A program made the position numbers and the translations under genes. From Methanomassiliicoccaceae archaeon (GTDB taxonomy: Archaea > Thermoplasmatota > Thermoplasmata > Methanomassiliicoccales > Methanomassiliicoccaceae), in the NCBI GenBank assembly GCA_040776945.1, contig JAXGZN010000002.1, forward strand, positions 896,001 through 960,000: a stretch of DNA of 64,000 nt. The letters run 5' to 3'. Below the pieces are notes generated by a model. It ran no database searches. It worked only from the letters and a program-made list of their open reading frames with translations, and had not been told where the DNA came from. Shown one piece after another: positions 49,501-59,676 of the stretch (position 1 is the stretch's first letter; every line of letters starts with the position of its first letter).

Positions 49501-50892
49501 TCAATGCCTGTGCTCGTGCTCAGGGTCCTGCAGCCGTCCGAGGGCGGAGATGAGCACCTCGTTAAGCGCGGGGTGAATGATCTGGCTCCTGGCCATTGGC
49601 ATGTATGACATGTCCCCCGCGTTCATGAGATAGACCATCTGCTGCACCAGGAGGTCCGCCTCCTTCCCCACTATATGGGCCCCCAAGATCCTCCGAGTGC
49701 CCTTTTCCACCATCACCTTCACCAGACCAGTATCATCGTTCATGGCACTGCCCTTGGCAACCATCGCGTAGCGGCTTACCCCTATGAGGTACTTGAGGCC
49801 GCCGGCCTTGGCCTGCTCTTCTGTCATCCCCACGCTCCCTACCGTCGGGTAGGTATAGACGGCGTGAGGGATGGCATGCTCGTCCGTCTCTGCCAACTCC
49901 TTGTTGTTCATATTGTGCCAAACCACTTGGCTCTCATAGTTGGCGGTATGACGGAACATGTGCCGACCAGTGATATCTCCCAGGGCCCAGATGTCCGGGG
50001 CGGTCGTCCTCAGGAACGGATCGACCTTGATATATCCGCGTTCGTCCGTTCCCACGCCTGTCGCGCTGACGTTCAGCAGATCGGCGTTGCTGACCATCCC
50101 GGTGCCGATGAACAGTCTTTCGGCCTCCTCGACCACGATGGCTCCGGTCTCCCGGTCCTCTCTTACGACCTCCACCCCTCCAGGAACGGGCCTGACCTCC
50201 TTTACCGACTGGTTGGTGGATATTGATACGTGCCGTCCGAGCATCTTCTTTACAACGAAGCTCATCTCCGGCTCCTCGTCCGGCAGAAGACGGACGTTCC
50301 TTTGGACGATGGAGACCTTGGTCCCCATGGCAGAGAAGAAGTGTCCGAGCTCACAGGATTTGTATCCGCCGCCCAGCATGATGATGCTCTCGGGCAGGGT
50401 GGTGATGTCAAAGATATTCTCCGACAGAAGGTACGGCACCTTGTCCAGCCCCGGTATCGATGGGATGTGGGAACGGGCGCCGGCGGCTATCACTATGCGG
50501 GGAGCGCGGATCTTCTCGCTGCCGACCGCGAGCGTATGATCGCCGACGAACTTGCCTTGGACCTTGTAAAGCTTCATTCGGGGGTCGGCCTCGACCGCCT
50601 CCTCTATGTGGCCGCGGTCTCGGAGCACCACGTCCCAAGTTCTCCTCCGGATGAGGTCGAAGTCCGCGCTCTCGACCTTAGCGTTCACGCCCACCCGGCC
50701 GGCGTCCTCGATCTCCCTGATAATATCGGCGGGATATATCCACATCTTTGACGGTATGCAGCCGCGGTTCAGGCACGTCCCTCCCAGCGGACCGCTCTCC
50801 ACCAGGGCGACCTTCAGTCCGGCATTTACCGCCGGGTCCACGATGTTCAGGCCGGCCCCGGAGCCTATTATGATCATGTCGAACTCTTCCAC
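49501..50892 (-). CDS. Pyridine nucleotide-disulfide oxidoreductase (dihydrolipoamide dehydrogenase / mycothione reductase-like)
   Basis: GSGAG, GGTCLNRGCIPSK, GD, HPALNE. Confidence 0.88.
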   Translation of the reverse strand: MEEFDMIIIGSGAGLNIVDPAVNAGLKVALVESGPLGGTCLNRGCIPSKMWIYPADIIREIEDAGRVGVNAKVESADFDLIRRRTWDVVLRDRGHIEEAVEADPRMKLYKVQGKFVGDHTLAVGSEKIRAPRIVIAAGARSHIPSIPGLDKVPYLLSENIFDITTLPESIIMLGGGYKSCELGHFFSAMGTKVSIVQRNVRLLPDEEPEMSFVVKKMLGRHVSISTNQSVKEVRPVPGGVEVVREDRETGAIVVEEAERLFIGTGMVSNADLLNVSATGVGTDERGYIKVDPFLRTTAPDIWALGDITGRHMFRHTANYESQVVWHNMNNKELAETDEHAIPHAVYTYPTVGSVGMTEEQAKAGGLKYLIGVSRYAMVAKGSAMNDDTGLVKVMVEKGTRRILGAHIVGKEADLLVQQMVYLMNAGDMSYMPMARSQIIHPALNEVLISALGRLQDPEHEHRH

Positions 50893-51098
50893 TAGAACCC
50901 CACTAACGCTATCTCGAGCGGCCATTATAATTCATCGCCATAAAAACGCATTCTCGGACCTCTATCTCGGAAGCTGCCCCAAGGCCGGAGCGTGGACCTA
51001 ACTGCGCTTATAGACAGTGACCGCTACCACCTGATTCCGACCGATAGCCTATATGGTCCATGACCTTGTCGAGGTTCGGCGCTCCGGCCGACGCGCGC

Positions 51099-52994
51099 CT
51101 ATCCGGACCTCTTGGGCCGGAAGAACAGTGCGCCGATGACCGCTCCCGCCACCGCCACGGCCCCTATCGCCATCAAAAGCAGAGTGGAGGATCCGTCATT
51201 TCCATCGCCGCCGACGGTGAGGGCCACCTCACGAAAGGTCGAGTTTCCGACGCCATCAACGGCCAGCAGGAGGATCTGATGCCCGCCATCGGCAAGGCCC
51301 TCGAGATCGATCGATGCCACGTCGCGGCCCACCCTCTTGGCGCTCGACCCATCGACCATCACTTCGAAGTGGTCGACCATGCCAGAAGGGTCAGTGCAGG
51401 TCCACGCGAACCTGACAGTCTCGCCGCTGGAATAGTTTTCCCTTACGCCCTCGATCTCCAGCGTCACCTTTCTCATCGGGACGTTGTTGAGGTCAAGCGT
51501 TCGAACGCTCTCCATGTTTCCCGCCCTGTCAACTGCGTAGTACTCTATGGGGCCCTCAGCATCGAGCATCTGGGCATGCGTGCTATAGTTCTTCCACTCG
51601 CCTCCTCTGTCACGGAAGTGAGCGTTCTCGACCCCTGACGTGTCATCGGTCGGCATGAGCGAGACAATGCCGTTCTCGTCGACCCGGTAGAGCGTGGCCG
51701 GGGCCACCGTATCGATCCTGATCGTCCGTGACCTTTCCTCCCCGTGGTTGCCGACATTGTCCGCCGCGCCATATGCCAGGACGTGAACGCCGTCGTCCGC
51801 GATGGAGATATCGCTGCTCCAGACGGCCCAGTCCCCATCATCCAGCTTATAGCGGATGCTCCTCACGCCGCTGCCGCGGTCCTCGGCGGACAGGTGGACG
51901 ATCACCGACCTGTTGTACCACCCGCTCTCGGTAGCCGTTCCGCTGAGCGATGCGGTCACGTTCGGCGGGGTCGCGTCAACCTTCGTCGAAGCATCGGGCA
52001 CAGACGGCCGAGGTTCGATCACCCCGCCTCCGGAGGCGACGCTGATGAACTGGTAATCGAGCTCTCCGCCGGTGAGAGACGAGTTGAAACTGATCGCTTC
52101 TCCGCTGGTGAACGCTCCGTCGGGGTGCCCCGGGTCGGTATATAGCGAGTAGCTCCCGGCCCCGCTCGTCCGGTAGAACAGCTCGATTTTCTCCGGGGCC
52201 CCTTGAGAGGCGTCCACTGATATGCTGACATCGAAGGTGCCCGGCGAATAGGCCGGCAGGGTGTTGACATGGGACCACGAAGGGACGCTCGCCTGGGTGA
52301 CAAGGATGTTGTCGATGTACGCACCCTCCTGCCACTCCGTACCGGGAGCATAAGGTCCGCTGATGAAGTCGAAGCTGATGATCTTGGCGTCGGCGGGAAC
52401 CGATGCGGTGGCCTGCTTCCATGAGCCTTCGTTCGCCGAAGGCTGCTTCCAGATCTCGGTGAACGTGCTGCCGTCGACGGACACGGTCACTCGTAGGTGG
52501 TCAAAGCCGCCCGGCGCGGCGCTCGCCATGGTCCTGGACCAGTAGGAGAAGGTCAGCGTTCCGGCGCCCAGCCCCTGGTCCATGTTCAGGGAATGCCTAA
52601 GGTACGAGGACATGTTGGCATCATATCTCTGGACCTCGGTGTTCGACTTCGGCCCGAGCCCCCTGGCCGGGGCGATGCTGTTGCTGCCGATGACGGCGCA
52701 CCAGGCGCTCCAGCTGCCGCCAGATGGAGCTATCCTGTATTGGGAGTGGCACCAGGCGTCCACGCCCGAATTCGGATTATCGTCCCCCCGGGCCCACATC
52801 TCCCGGCCGTCCTGGTCCCATCCAGTGTCACAGTTGAAGTTGGGGTTCTCGAAGTTCTCCCGCAGCACCGTGACCGTGGACGTCCCGGCGGCCGAGGCCG
52901 CGGGAGCGATGATCAGGACTGTGCTCGTCACCAACAATGCGGCTAGTGCCAACACGGCCATCGCCTGCATGCGCTCTCTTCCTCCGGCCCCCAT
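51099..52994 (-). CDS. Secreted, C-terminally anchored surface protein with jelly-roll-like and Ig-like domains
   Basis: Signal peptide, GAYIDNI, DTVAP/DATPP repeats, AxDxxGN motifs, C-terminal TM with basic tail. Confidence 0.85.
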   Translation of the reverse strand: MGAGGRERMQAMAVLALAALLVTSTVLIIAPAASAAGTSTVTVLRENFENPNFNCDTGWDQDGREMWARGDDNPNSGVDAWCHSQYRIAPSGGSWSAWCAVIGSNSIAPARGLGPKSNTEVQRYDANMSSYLRHSLNMDQGLGAGTLTFSYWSRTMASAAPGGFDHLRVTVSVDGSTFTEIWKQPSANEGSWKQATASVPADAKIISFDFISGPYAPGTEWQEGAYIDNILVTQASVPSWSHVNTLPAYSPGTFDVSISVDASQGAPEKIELFYRTSGAGSYSLYTDPGHPDGAFTSGEAISFNSSLTGGELDYQFISVASGGGVIEPRPSVPDASTKVDATPPNVTASLSGTATESGWYNRSVIVHLSAEDRGSGVRSIRYKLDDGDWAVWSSDISIADDGVHVLAYGAADNVGNHGEERSRTIRIDTVAPATLYRVDENGIVSLMPTDDTSGVENAHFRDRGGEWKNYSTHAQMLDAEGPIEYYAVDRAGNMESVRTLDLNNVPMRKVTLEIEGVRENYSSGETVRFAWTCTDPSGMVDHFEVMVDGSSAKRVGRDVASIDLEGLADGGHQILLLAVDGVGNSTFREVALTVGGDGNDGSSTLLLMAIGAVAVAGAVIGALFFRPKRSG

Positions 52995-53506
52995 GTTCGC
53001 TCTGCCCTCCTTGAAACCAGGACTGACCCTAATCTTAATCTCAGGAGGTTTAATAATATGCATTGAGGGAAGGAGGGCCGCCAACCGCCCTTGGGACCGT
53101 TTTCCCGAGACATGTTGTTCCTGCTTCATCCCACCATGACAGGATGCGTGCGGAGGTGACCCGCTAGCTTATCGTTCGGCGCGGTCGATGAAAAAATATC
53201 CGGCCCGGGGCGTTCTGTCGATAACAGGGTGACCGCCTGCGCACGTTGGAAAGGGGGGGATGGGATTACGCCCCCGACCGGCATAGCTTCTAATTTTCTA
53301 AGCTATAAACAGCTTTGCATTGATAACCATGTAAGAACGAAGATGGAATCGACATCAGCCTCGGACGAAGCATCTTAATGGTCGTGTTTGAGCTCACGAC
53401 CCCTCACCGATGATCGGGGCGATAGGGCGGGTAAGCTGGAAATATGCCAAGAACGGCCTGTCTGAGCGTGAGCTCTTCGCACTCGCCTCCCTGGCCTATG
53501 CCTTCC

Positions 53507-54466
53507 TCAAGATCTTGCCAGAAGGTCCTTGACCCAGAAGAAGTGGATATATCTCACGATCACGTAGAGGATTATCGCCAAGGCAAAGACGACCTCCAGC
53601 CAGGCCAGCCATTGGAAGATGGGTTGGTCGATGCCTTCGGTCAACAGGTATTCGAAGGTCGCGTTGGTGGCGATCGCGCTGATGACCAGGGGGAAGGTGA
53701 AGGCCGAGATGCTCGGATAGAACCTCAGCCTCAACAATCTAGGAAGGTAAGCGATGATCACGAAATAAGATGACAGGGACAGGGCGAACATGATCCCGAC
53801 GAGCCACAGCTCCCTGGTCTCGAAGGACCTTAAGTACCCAGCCAAGCATAGGCTCGCAGGCGCGGCGAAGATTGCCATGCTCGGCATTATCGGCTCAGGA
53901 ACGCCTCTGACCACGACCGCGCGGTATGCGATCAGGGGCAAGAGGACCAGGTAGGATGCGAACCCGAACCAGAACAATAACTGGCCGATGGTGTGGGCAC
54001 CGAAGGTCGGCGCTGTCACCGCCCCGACGGCGATGCCGACGTAGGTGACGAAGTAAGCAGGAAGCAACTTCCTCACCTCGAGCTTGGGCATGAACGCCCA
54101 GGTGAAGTAGGCCATCAGAGCAAAATGAAGTGCGATCATGCTAACCCAGATCGCATAGGCTATTCCGGGGAGACTTGGTTCCATATAGGTCGAAAGGATA
54201 GAGACGCCCATCGGGATCGTGCAGGCGATGCCCGCTACCGCGGGGTCCTTCAGCTCTTCTTTGAACTTCGCCGCATCGTAGAGCAGTCGGGTCGCCAACA
54301 AGGATAGGGCGAACAGGGACAGAAGGCCGAACAGAGCCTTCAGGCCCTCATGGTACTCAGAAATCATGTTGCCGGCCGACGCGAGGCCCAGCATCAGTCC
54401 TGCTAGCGGGATTGGGACCTTGCACGCGGCGCCCCCCAGACCACGGGCCTGTTCGGTCGTTTCCAT
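53507..54466 (-). CDS. TDT (tellurite/dicarboxylate, SLAC1) family transporter
   Basis: About 10 TM helices; PIPLAGLMLGLA, AFTFPLVISAIA. Confidence 0.88.
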   Translation of the reverse strand: METTEQARGLGGAACKVPIPLAGLMLGLASAGNMISEYHEGLKALFGLLSLFALSLLATRLLYDAAKFKEELKDPAVAGIACTIPMGVSILSTYMEPSLPGIAYAIWVSMIALHFALMAYFTWAFMPKLEVRKLLPAYFVTYVGIAVGAVTAPTFGAHTIGQLLFWFGFASYLVLLPLIAYRAVVVRGVPEPIMPSMAIFAAPASLCLAGYLRSFETRELWLVGIMFALSLSSYFVIIAYLPRLLRLRFYPSISAFTFPLVISAIATNATFEYLLTEGIDQPIFQWLAWLEVVFALAIILYVIVRYIHFFWVKDLLARS

Positions 54467-54642
54467 CTTATGCTCCGAATAGGTCCGAACGGCCCCTAAT
54501 CCTGTAAAGCTATCGGCGCTCACATGATCTAATGTTCTTTGGTCCACATGGTTGACCTTATGATCATATGTGGAGCGCCGATGGCCGCTGTGGAACAGAT
54601 AGTTAGTGGATGTAAAGGAGCTGTAAGGCCAGAAAAGGAAAG

Positions 54643-54717
54643 CGCACACGGAGGGATTCGAACCCTCGGCTTGCAGCTTAGGAGGCTGCCGCCATATCCA
54701 GGCTAGGCCACGTGTGC
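54643..54717 (-). tRNA. tRNA-Arg(CCT)
   Basis: Acceptor GCACACG/CGTGTGC; anticodon arm GCAGC-CTCCTAA-GCTGC; TTCGAAT T-loop. Confidence 0.95.
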
Positions 54718-54769
54718 TTGGTTGAGCGAAAGGGGATCGAATAGAAAAGGTTTGGGTTCGGTGACCAGC

Positions 54770-55543
54770 TCACTCTTCCTGCGGGATCTCTTCTGGAGAG
54801 ATCTCCTCGGGGGCGGGCTCCTCCTTGGGAGCCTCGGCGGGCTTCACATACTCCTCGACGAAGCTTACCTTGCCCGCGTTCAGGCCTTCCCGGAGATCAG
54901 CGACGACCCTGTACTTGGCGAGCAGCCACTTCTGGTCGTACTTGCAGACGTCAGGCAGAACGATGCAAACGGAGCTGCCGTCCTTGATGGTGATGCGGAA
55001 GTTCTCGGAGGTCCCGTAGTCCATCTCGAGTATGTCCTTCACCTTCTGCTCGTCGTCCTGGGCCTTGGAGAGCACCTTGAAGTGGTACTTCAGGCTCTTG
55101 CCGGCGAGGCGGCGGTTGAAGTCCACGCGCACCCGTCCAGCGGTGATGGCGGTCACTATGCCGGGGCGGTTCTTTATGTTGACCTCCATGCCGACATGCG
55201 GCTCAATGTCTTGCTTGAGGAACTCGCGGAGAGCGATCAGGTCGACCAGCTTGGGGTCTCGCGGCCCCGCGGCCTTCTCCGGGGGAATGACGATGTCGTA
55301 CTCCTTTCCGACCTCCGTGCCTTCCAAGGCCTCCTCGAGGCCCTGGAATATGCGGCCACCGCCTACCAGGACAGGTATGGGGCGGTACTCGATCTTCTCG
55401 TTGAAGACCCCGGCTTCCTGGGCGGTCTGAGCGTTGGTGGTGTCGAACAGCTCGTTCGAGTCCTCGACCCAGCCGTCGAAGTCTATGCGTACGATATCTC
55501 CCTTTGCTACCTTGTCGGCCTGGTTTGCGGTTTCGCTAGACAT
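54770..55543 (-). CDS. Long-type archaeal FKBP peptidyl-prolyl isomerase (SlyD-like)
   Basis: FDTT, GLEEAL, VDFNRRLAGKSL, archaeal C-terminal domain, acidic tail. Confidence 0.92.
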   Translation of the reverse strand: MSSETANQADKVAKGDIVRIDFDGWVEDSNELFDTTNAQTAQEAGVFNEKIEYRPIPVLVGGGRIFQGLEEALEGTEVGKEYDIVIPPEKAAGPRDPKLVDLIALREFLKQDIEPHVGMEVNIKNRPGIVTAITAGRVRVDFNRRLAGKSLKYHFKVLSKAQDDEQKVKDILEMDYGTSENFRITIKDGSSVCIVLPDVCKYDQKWLLAKYRVVADLREGLNAGKVSFVEEYVKPAEAPKEEPAPEEISPEEIPQEE

Positions 55544-55735
55544 GAAATCACCTGAAATCTAATGGCTGAATATGGAATGGTGTCATTAATTCGTTATTTT
55601 TATACTTTGTGGTTTTCTGCGTTCCCAGGAACGCTTCCCGAGGCGTCCCTGTGGTCTTCGCTTGCCACATCTGGAAGCATGGACCCTGTTCCTCTCGCAA
55701 CCTATTATATGGGAGAGCATTATTTGAGGTCTCAG

Positions 55736-55809
55736 GCCACCATAGCCTAGCCCGGTAGAGCGGCTGACTTGTAATCAGCAGGTCGCGTGTTCAAATCACG
55801 CTGGTGGCT
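55736..55809 (+). tRNA. tRNA-Thr(TGT)
   Basis: Acceptor GCCACCA/TGGTGGC; anticodon arm GCTGA-CTTGTAA-TCAGC; TTCAAAT T-loop. Confidence 0.95.
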
Positions 55810-55826
55810 TCCCATATGTGGCGATC

Positions 55827-56636
55827 ATGTTCGAGAAGGAGATGACCGTTAACCGGCGATGGTGGGACGGCGTCACCCCCGTCCACTTCAGGTCCCGGTC
55901 GTACGACGTCGACGGCTTCAGGAGGGGCGCGTCCTCCCTGCTGCCCATGGAGGTCTCCGAACTGGGAGACGTGAGCGGCAAGAGCCTCCTTCACCTACAG
56001 TGCCACTTTGGCCTGGACACGCTGTCGTGGGCGAGGAGAGGTGCCATCGTCACCGGGATCGACTTTTCGCAGGAGGCGATCTCTACTGCCCGGGGCCTTT
56101 CGGACCATCTCGGCGTTCCCGGCAGGTTCATCGAGTCGAACCTCTACTCCCTGCCCGATGTGCTGGATGAAAAATTCGACATAGTATATACTGGCTACGG
56201 GGCCATATGTTGGCTCCCGGACCTGAAGCGATGGGCGGAGATCATCGCGCGCTTTCTGCGGCCGGGCGGCATCTTCTACATCGTGGAAGGTCACCCCATG
56301 ACCAACCTCATAAACGACGAGATCGCCGACCGGGTCGATCTCACTGGCCGGTACTTCAACCATGGACCGGTGAGATATGAATCGCCGAACACGTACACCG
56401 ATTCGGAGGAACCGCTCAGGGAGCGGGTCACATATGCCTGGGAGCATCCATTGTCGGACGTTGTAAACTCCGTGATCTCAGCCGGGCTGCGGATCGAGCG
56501 GCTTAACGAGTCCAGGCTGGGCTTCTTCAAGGCACATCCACTGACGAGGAGGAGGGAAGACGGCCACTGGGAGTTTCCGGACGGCATCAGCGACATGCCT
56601 CTTACCTTCTCGTTGCTCGCCCGCTCACCGGACTAG
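55827..56636 (+). CDS. Class I SAM-dependent methyltransferase
   Basis: LHLQCHFGLDT, FDIVY, LRPGG, EGHP. Confidence 0.9.
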   Translation: MFEKEMTVNRRWWDGVTPVHFRSRSYDVDGFRRGASSLLPMEVSELGDVSGKSLLHLQCHFGLDTLSWARRGAIVTGIDFSQEAISTARGLSDHLGVPGRFIESNLYSLPDVLDEKFDIVYTGYGAICWLPDLKRWAEIIARFLRPGGIFYIVEGHPMTNLINDEIADRVDLTGRYFNHGPVRYESPNTYTDSEEPLRERVTYAWEHPLSDVVNSVISAGLRIERLNESRLGFFKAHPLTRRREDGHWEFPDGISDMPLTFSLLARSPD

Positions 56637-56980
56637 AGCCAGACGGTATCGTCCTCCCGGTAATCGATCTTCATGACCAGGAATCCGAAGTCTTCCTCTA
56701 TCTCCGGCATTCCGTGCACCTCTCCCGGCTCGCACACGATGATGTCTCCCGGGTCCGCGGCGACCTTGATTCCGTCGATGGTTATGGAGCCTCTGCCGAG
56801 GACATAGAATATCTCGGTCTGTGTTCGGTGAAAGTGAGGGGGCACCGCATCACCCTTCCTGAACCGCACCTCCTGCAGAAGGTCCACCACCCTTGGAAGC
56901 GCGCCCTCCGTGGAGAGCTTTCTCTTGCGATACCCATCTCCGTGTTCCCATGCCGCGTCCGCCGCTTTGAATTTTCTCGT
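56633..56980 (-). CDS. Cupin domain protein (start uncertain: ACG at 56980 or ATG at 57034)
   Basis: PHFH...EIFY...PGD...PGEVH cupin motifs. Confidence 0.8.
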   Translation of the reverse strand, partial: TRKFKAADAAWEHGDGYRKRKLSTEGALPRVVDLLQEVRFRKGDAVPPHFHRTQTEIFYVLGRGSITIDGIKVAADPGDIIVCEPGEVHGMPEIEEDFGFLVMKIDYREDDTVWL

Positions 56981-56984
56981 CCGA

Positions 56985-58310
56985 TCACCTTGCCATATCT
57001 CGAAGCGCCGAGCCGAGTATCTCGATGGCCTCATCGATCATTCCCTCATCTACGATGAGCGGAGGGATGAGCCTGATTGCGCTCCGTCCCGCCGGGAGGA
57101 GTATCAGGCCCCTCTTATAGCATAGCTCAATGACCTTGTCCCGTTCCTTTACCGCGTGCTCCTTGGTCTTGAGGCTCTTGACCAGGTCGATGGCCTGCAT
57201 GAGCCCCAGGCCGCGGACGTCGCCAATGATCTGATGACCGTCCTGCAGCTCGAGGAGCCGCTTCCTGAGGTATGCCCCCATGAGGGCCGAGTTCTCAACT
57301 AGTCCGTCCGATCTCAGGACGTCCAAGGTTGCCAGCGCTGAAGCGCACGCCAGCAGGTTTCCCCCGAAGGTATTGGAGTGCGCCCCAGGTTCGAAGTCCA
57401 TGTGCCTCGGGAATATCGTGGCGCCGATGGGCACCCCGGAGCCCAGGGCCTTGGCCGAGCATATGATGTCCGGGACCACATCGTAGTGCTCGATGGCCCA
57501 CATCCTGCCGGTGCGGCCCATCCCGGCCTGCACCTCATCATCGACCAGCAGGATGCCGTAGGCCTTGCATATCCTCGCCAGTTCCTTCACGAACTGCGCT
57601 GGCGGCACAACATACCCGCCCTCACCTAAGACCGGTTCTAGGAACACCGCCGCGACCTCCTCGGGAGGGACGATGGACTGGAAGTACACCTCCTCGATCA
57701 TCTTCGCGCAGTGGGTTCCGCAGGAGTCCCTTTCATGCTTGTACGGGCAGCGATAGCAATCAGGGTACGGGACATGCTGAACCCCGGGAACGGTGGGAAA
57801 GAACCTCCGGCGTTGGACCAGCTTGCTGGAGGTCAAGGATATGGATCCCATGGTCCTGCCATGGAAGCATCCTATGAAACCGATGTACATCTTCCTCCTC
57901 GTATACCAGCGAGCTAGCTTCATGGCCGCCTCGACCGCCTCTGTCCCGCTGTTGGAGAAGAAGACCTTCTTCTCATGGCTGCCGGGGGTCAGGTCTGCGA
58001 GCCGGTGAGCGAGCTTGGCCTGCACCTCGTAGTAAAAGTCCGTACCGGCGAAGTGGAACAGCCTCTCGGCCTGCTCCTGGACCGCCCTGACCACCCTCGG
58101 GTCGCTGTAACCAACGTTCATCACCGATACTCCGGTCGCGAAGTCCAGATAGGTGTTCCCGTCCACGTCGGTGACCTGCGCGCCCTTGGCATGGGCCGCC
58201 ACCACAGGCGATGTCTTGGTGGTCGTCGCCACATACCTTGAATCCTCCATCATCACTTCCCTGGCCTTTGGCCCCGGCGGCTCGATCCTGATGTTGGCGG
58301 TCCTTGCCAC
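56985..58310 (-). CDS. Class III aminotransferase (4-aminobutyrate/ornithine aminotransferase-like)
   Basis: NSGTEA, FHGRT, EPVLGEGG, DEVQAGMGRTG, AKAL. Confidence 0.9.
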   Translation of the reverse strand: MARTANIRIEPPGPKAREVMMEDSRYVATTTKTSPVVAAHAKGAQVTDVDGNTYLDFATGVSVMNVGYSDPRVVRAVQEQAERLFHFAGTDFYYEVQAKLAHRLADLTPGSHEKKVFFSNSGTEAVEAAMKLARWYTRRKMYIGFIGCFHGRTMGSISLTSSKLVQRRRFFPTVPGVQHVPYPDCYRCPYKHERDSCGTHCAKMIEEVYFQSIVPPEEVAAVFLEPVLGEGGYVVPPAQFVKELARICKAYGILLVDDEVQAGMGRTGRMWAIEHYDVVPDIICSAKALGSGVPIGATIFPRHMDFEPGAHSNTFGGNLLACASALATLDVLRSDGLVENSALMGAYLRKRLLELQDGHQIIGDVRGLGLMQAIDLVKSLKTKEHAVKERDKVIELCYKRGLILLPAGRSAIRLIPPLIVDEGMIDEAIEILGSALRDMAR

Positions 58311-58438
58311 GATATCATCTCCTTAGGCGCTACTATGAGCGCTTAAGATATATCTCAGTTGACGCAAAAATATGAAGGGTTCTCCACGCGTGTAAGGCAA
58401 TTACTTATAGTTGTATGACCAAGGGGGAGCGGACACAG

Positions 58439-59590
58439 ATGGCTAGCAAGGGCTATGGTAATCTTTGGATCATGGCGATAGGCCTCATTGGCATCTTCGT
58501 CCTGGCAACGGTGGTCGCGCCCGAGTTCATCAGCCATGGCAACGCCGGCGGCAAGGATGGTTGGAACTCCGACATGCCTTCGGGAGAGGCGATCTTCCAT
58601 GCCCCCACCACTACCCTATCGGGTTTTGGCCTGAAGGCCAACCAAGCGGTCCCCTTCACAGTATACTCCACTTCGATAGAGAAGACCACCGGAAAGGGAG
58701 GCATCTTCGCCTGGATATTCCGACTAGAGGGCGCTGGCGGCGCAAAGGATGTGGCGGAGCTCAAGTACGGTGACGGGTCGAGCTCGGTGGCCTGGTACAC
58801 GGGTTCCGGGGGCGCCATCGTTGGCGTCGGCCCCCGTTTCGTTCAGGGTCCCGGAGCGGTCTTTCTGGACCAGTCGGCCTCCATGTCGCTCACTTTCAAA
58901 GAGGGCGGCAAATATACGCTCGGCATATGGATGGCCTCATCTTCCCGCGTCTCCGACATCGACCCGAGCAATTACACTTCGGTCAGCCCTATGGCGAAGA
59001 TCTCGCTTAACGTCGAGAAGCCCGTGCAAACCTCGGTCAGCGTGACCCAGTCCATGAGCGTCCCGTCGAACATCACCGAAGGCCAGTGGAGCGACTTCTC
59101 CATAACCAATATGGCCACTGGTACGGGTGGCTGGTCGGAACCTATCGGCCTGTACTTGGCCATCGAAAGAAAGGGCATCAAGGTATCGGACGTTACCATA
59201 AGGGTCAGCGCTGGAAGCGGGTATTCGTTCCCATCCTTCTCACTGAAGGGGGACAAGCTGGTCGCGTTGATAAATACAAGGACCCCCCTGACAGGGAGCG
59301 CTGATCCTGAGTCCGTCAGCTGGACCACCAGCTTCCAGCTTATGTTCGGTTCATCAGGCAACTATACCCTGACCAGCTGGGCCGAGGACCGGAGAAGCGG
59401 CGACGAGCTTACCGTGGTCACCTATGACATCCTGGAGGTGCGGTCAACAGTTGTGGCCCCGCCGGACCCCGAGCCGGAACCTGAGCCTCCCCCTGTACCC
59501 GAACCCCTTGAGAACAGCACCGGCAACAGCTCGGCAGTGGGCCCCATTCTGCCGCCTGCGGTGAACAACGGAAGGAGAACGAACGCTTGA
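58439..59590 (+). CDS. Secreted or membrane-anchored beta-rich protein with Pro/Glu-rich C-terminus
   Basis: N-terminal hydrophobic helix; Ser/Thr-rich; PPDPEPEPEPPPVPEP. Confidence 0.75.
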   Translation: MASKGYGNLWIMAIGLIGIFVLATVVAPEFISHGNAGGKDGWNSDMPSGEAIFHAPTTTLSGFGLKANQAVPFTVYSTSIEKTTGKGGIFAWIFRLEGAGGAKDVAELKYGDGSSSVAWYTGSGGAIVGVGPRFVQGPGAVFLDQSASMSLTFKEGGKYTLGIWMASSSRVSDIDPSNYTSVSPMAKISLNVEKPVQTSVSVTQSMSVPSNITEGQWSDFSITNMATGTGGWSEPIGLYLAIERKGIKVSDVTIRVSAGSGYSFPSFSLKGDKLVALINTRTPLTGSADPESVSWTTSFQLMFGSSGNYTLTSWAEDRRSGDELTVVTYDILEVRSTVVAPPDPEPEPEPPPVPEPLENSTGNSSAVGPILPPAVNNGRRTNA

Positions 59591-59676
59591 GCATGATCGC
59601 ATCGATCGGCCGGCTTAGGCGCAATTGGCGCTTTTACCCGTTCCATGACCTGAGGTGGGCAGGATGGCTCTTTTTC

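Noticed and set aside
58439-58520. Class III (pilin-type) signal peptide
   Set aside because: The residues after KG (YGN) do not fit the PibD cleavage consensus
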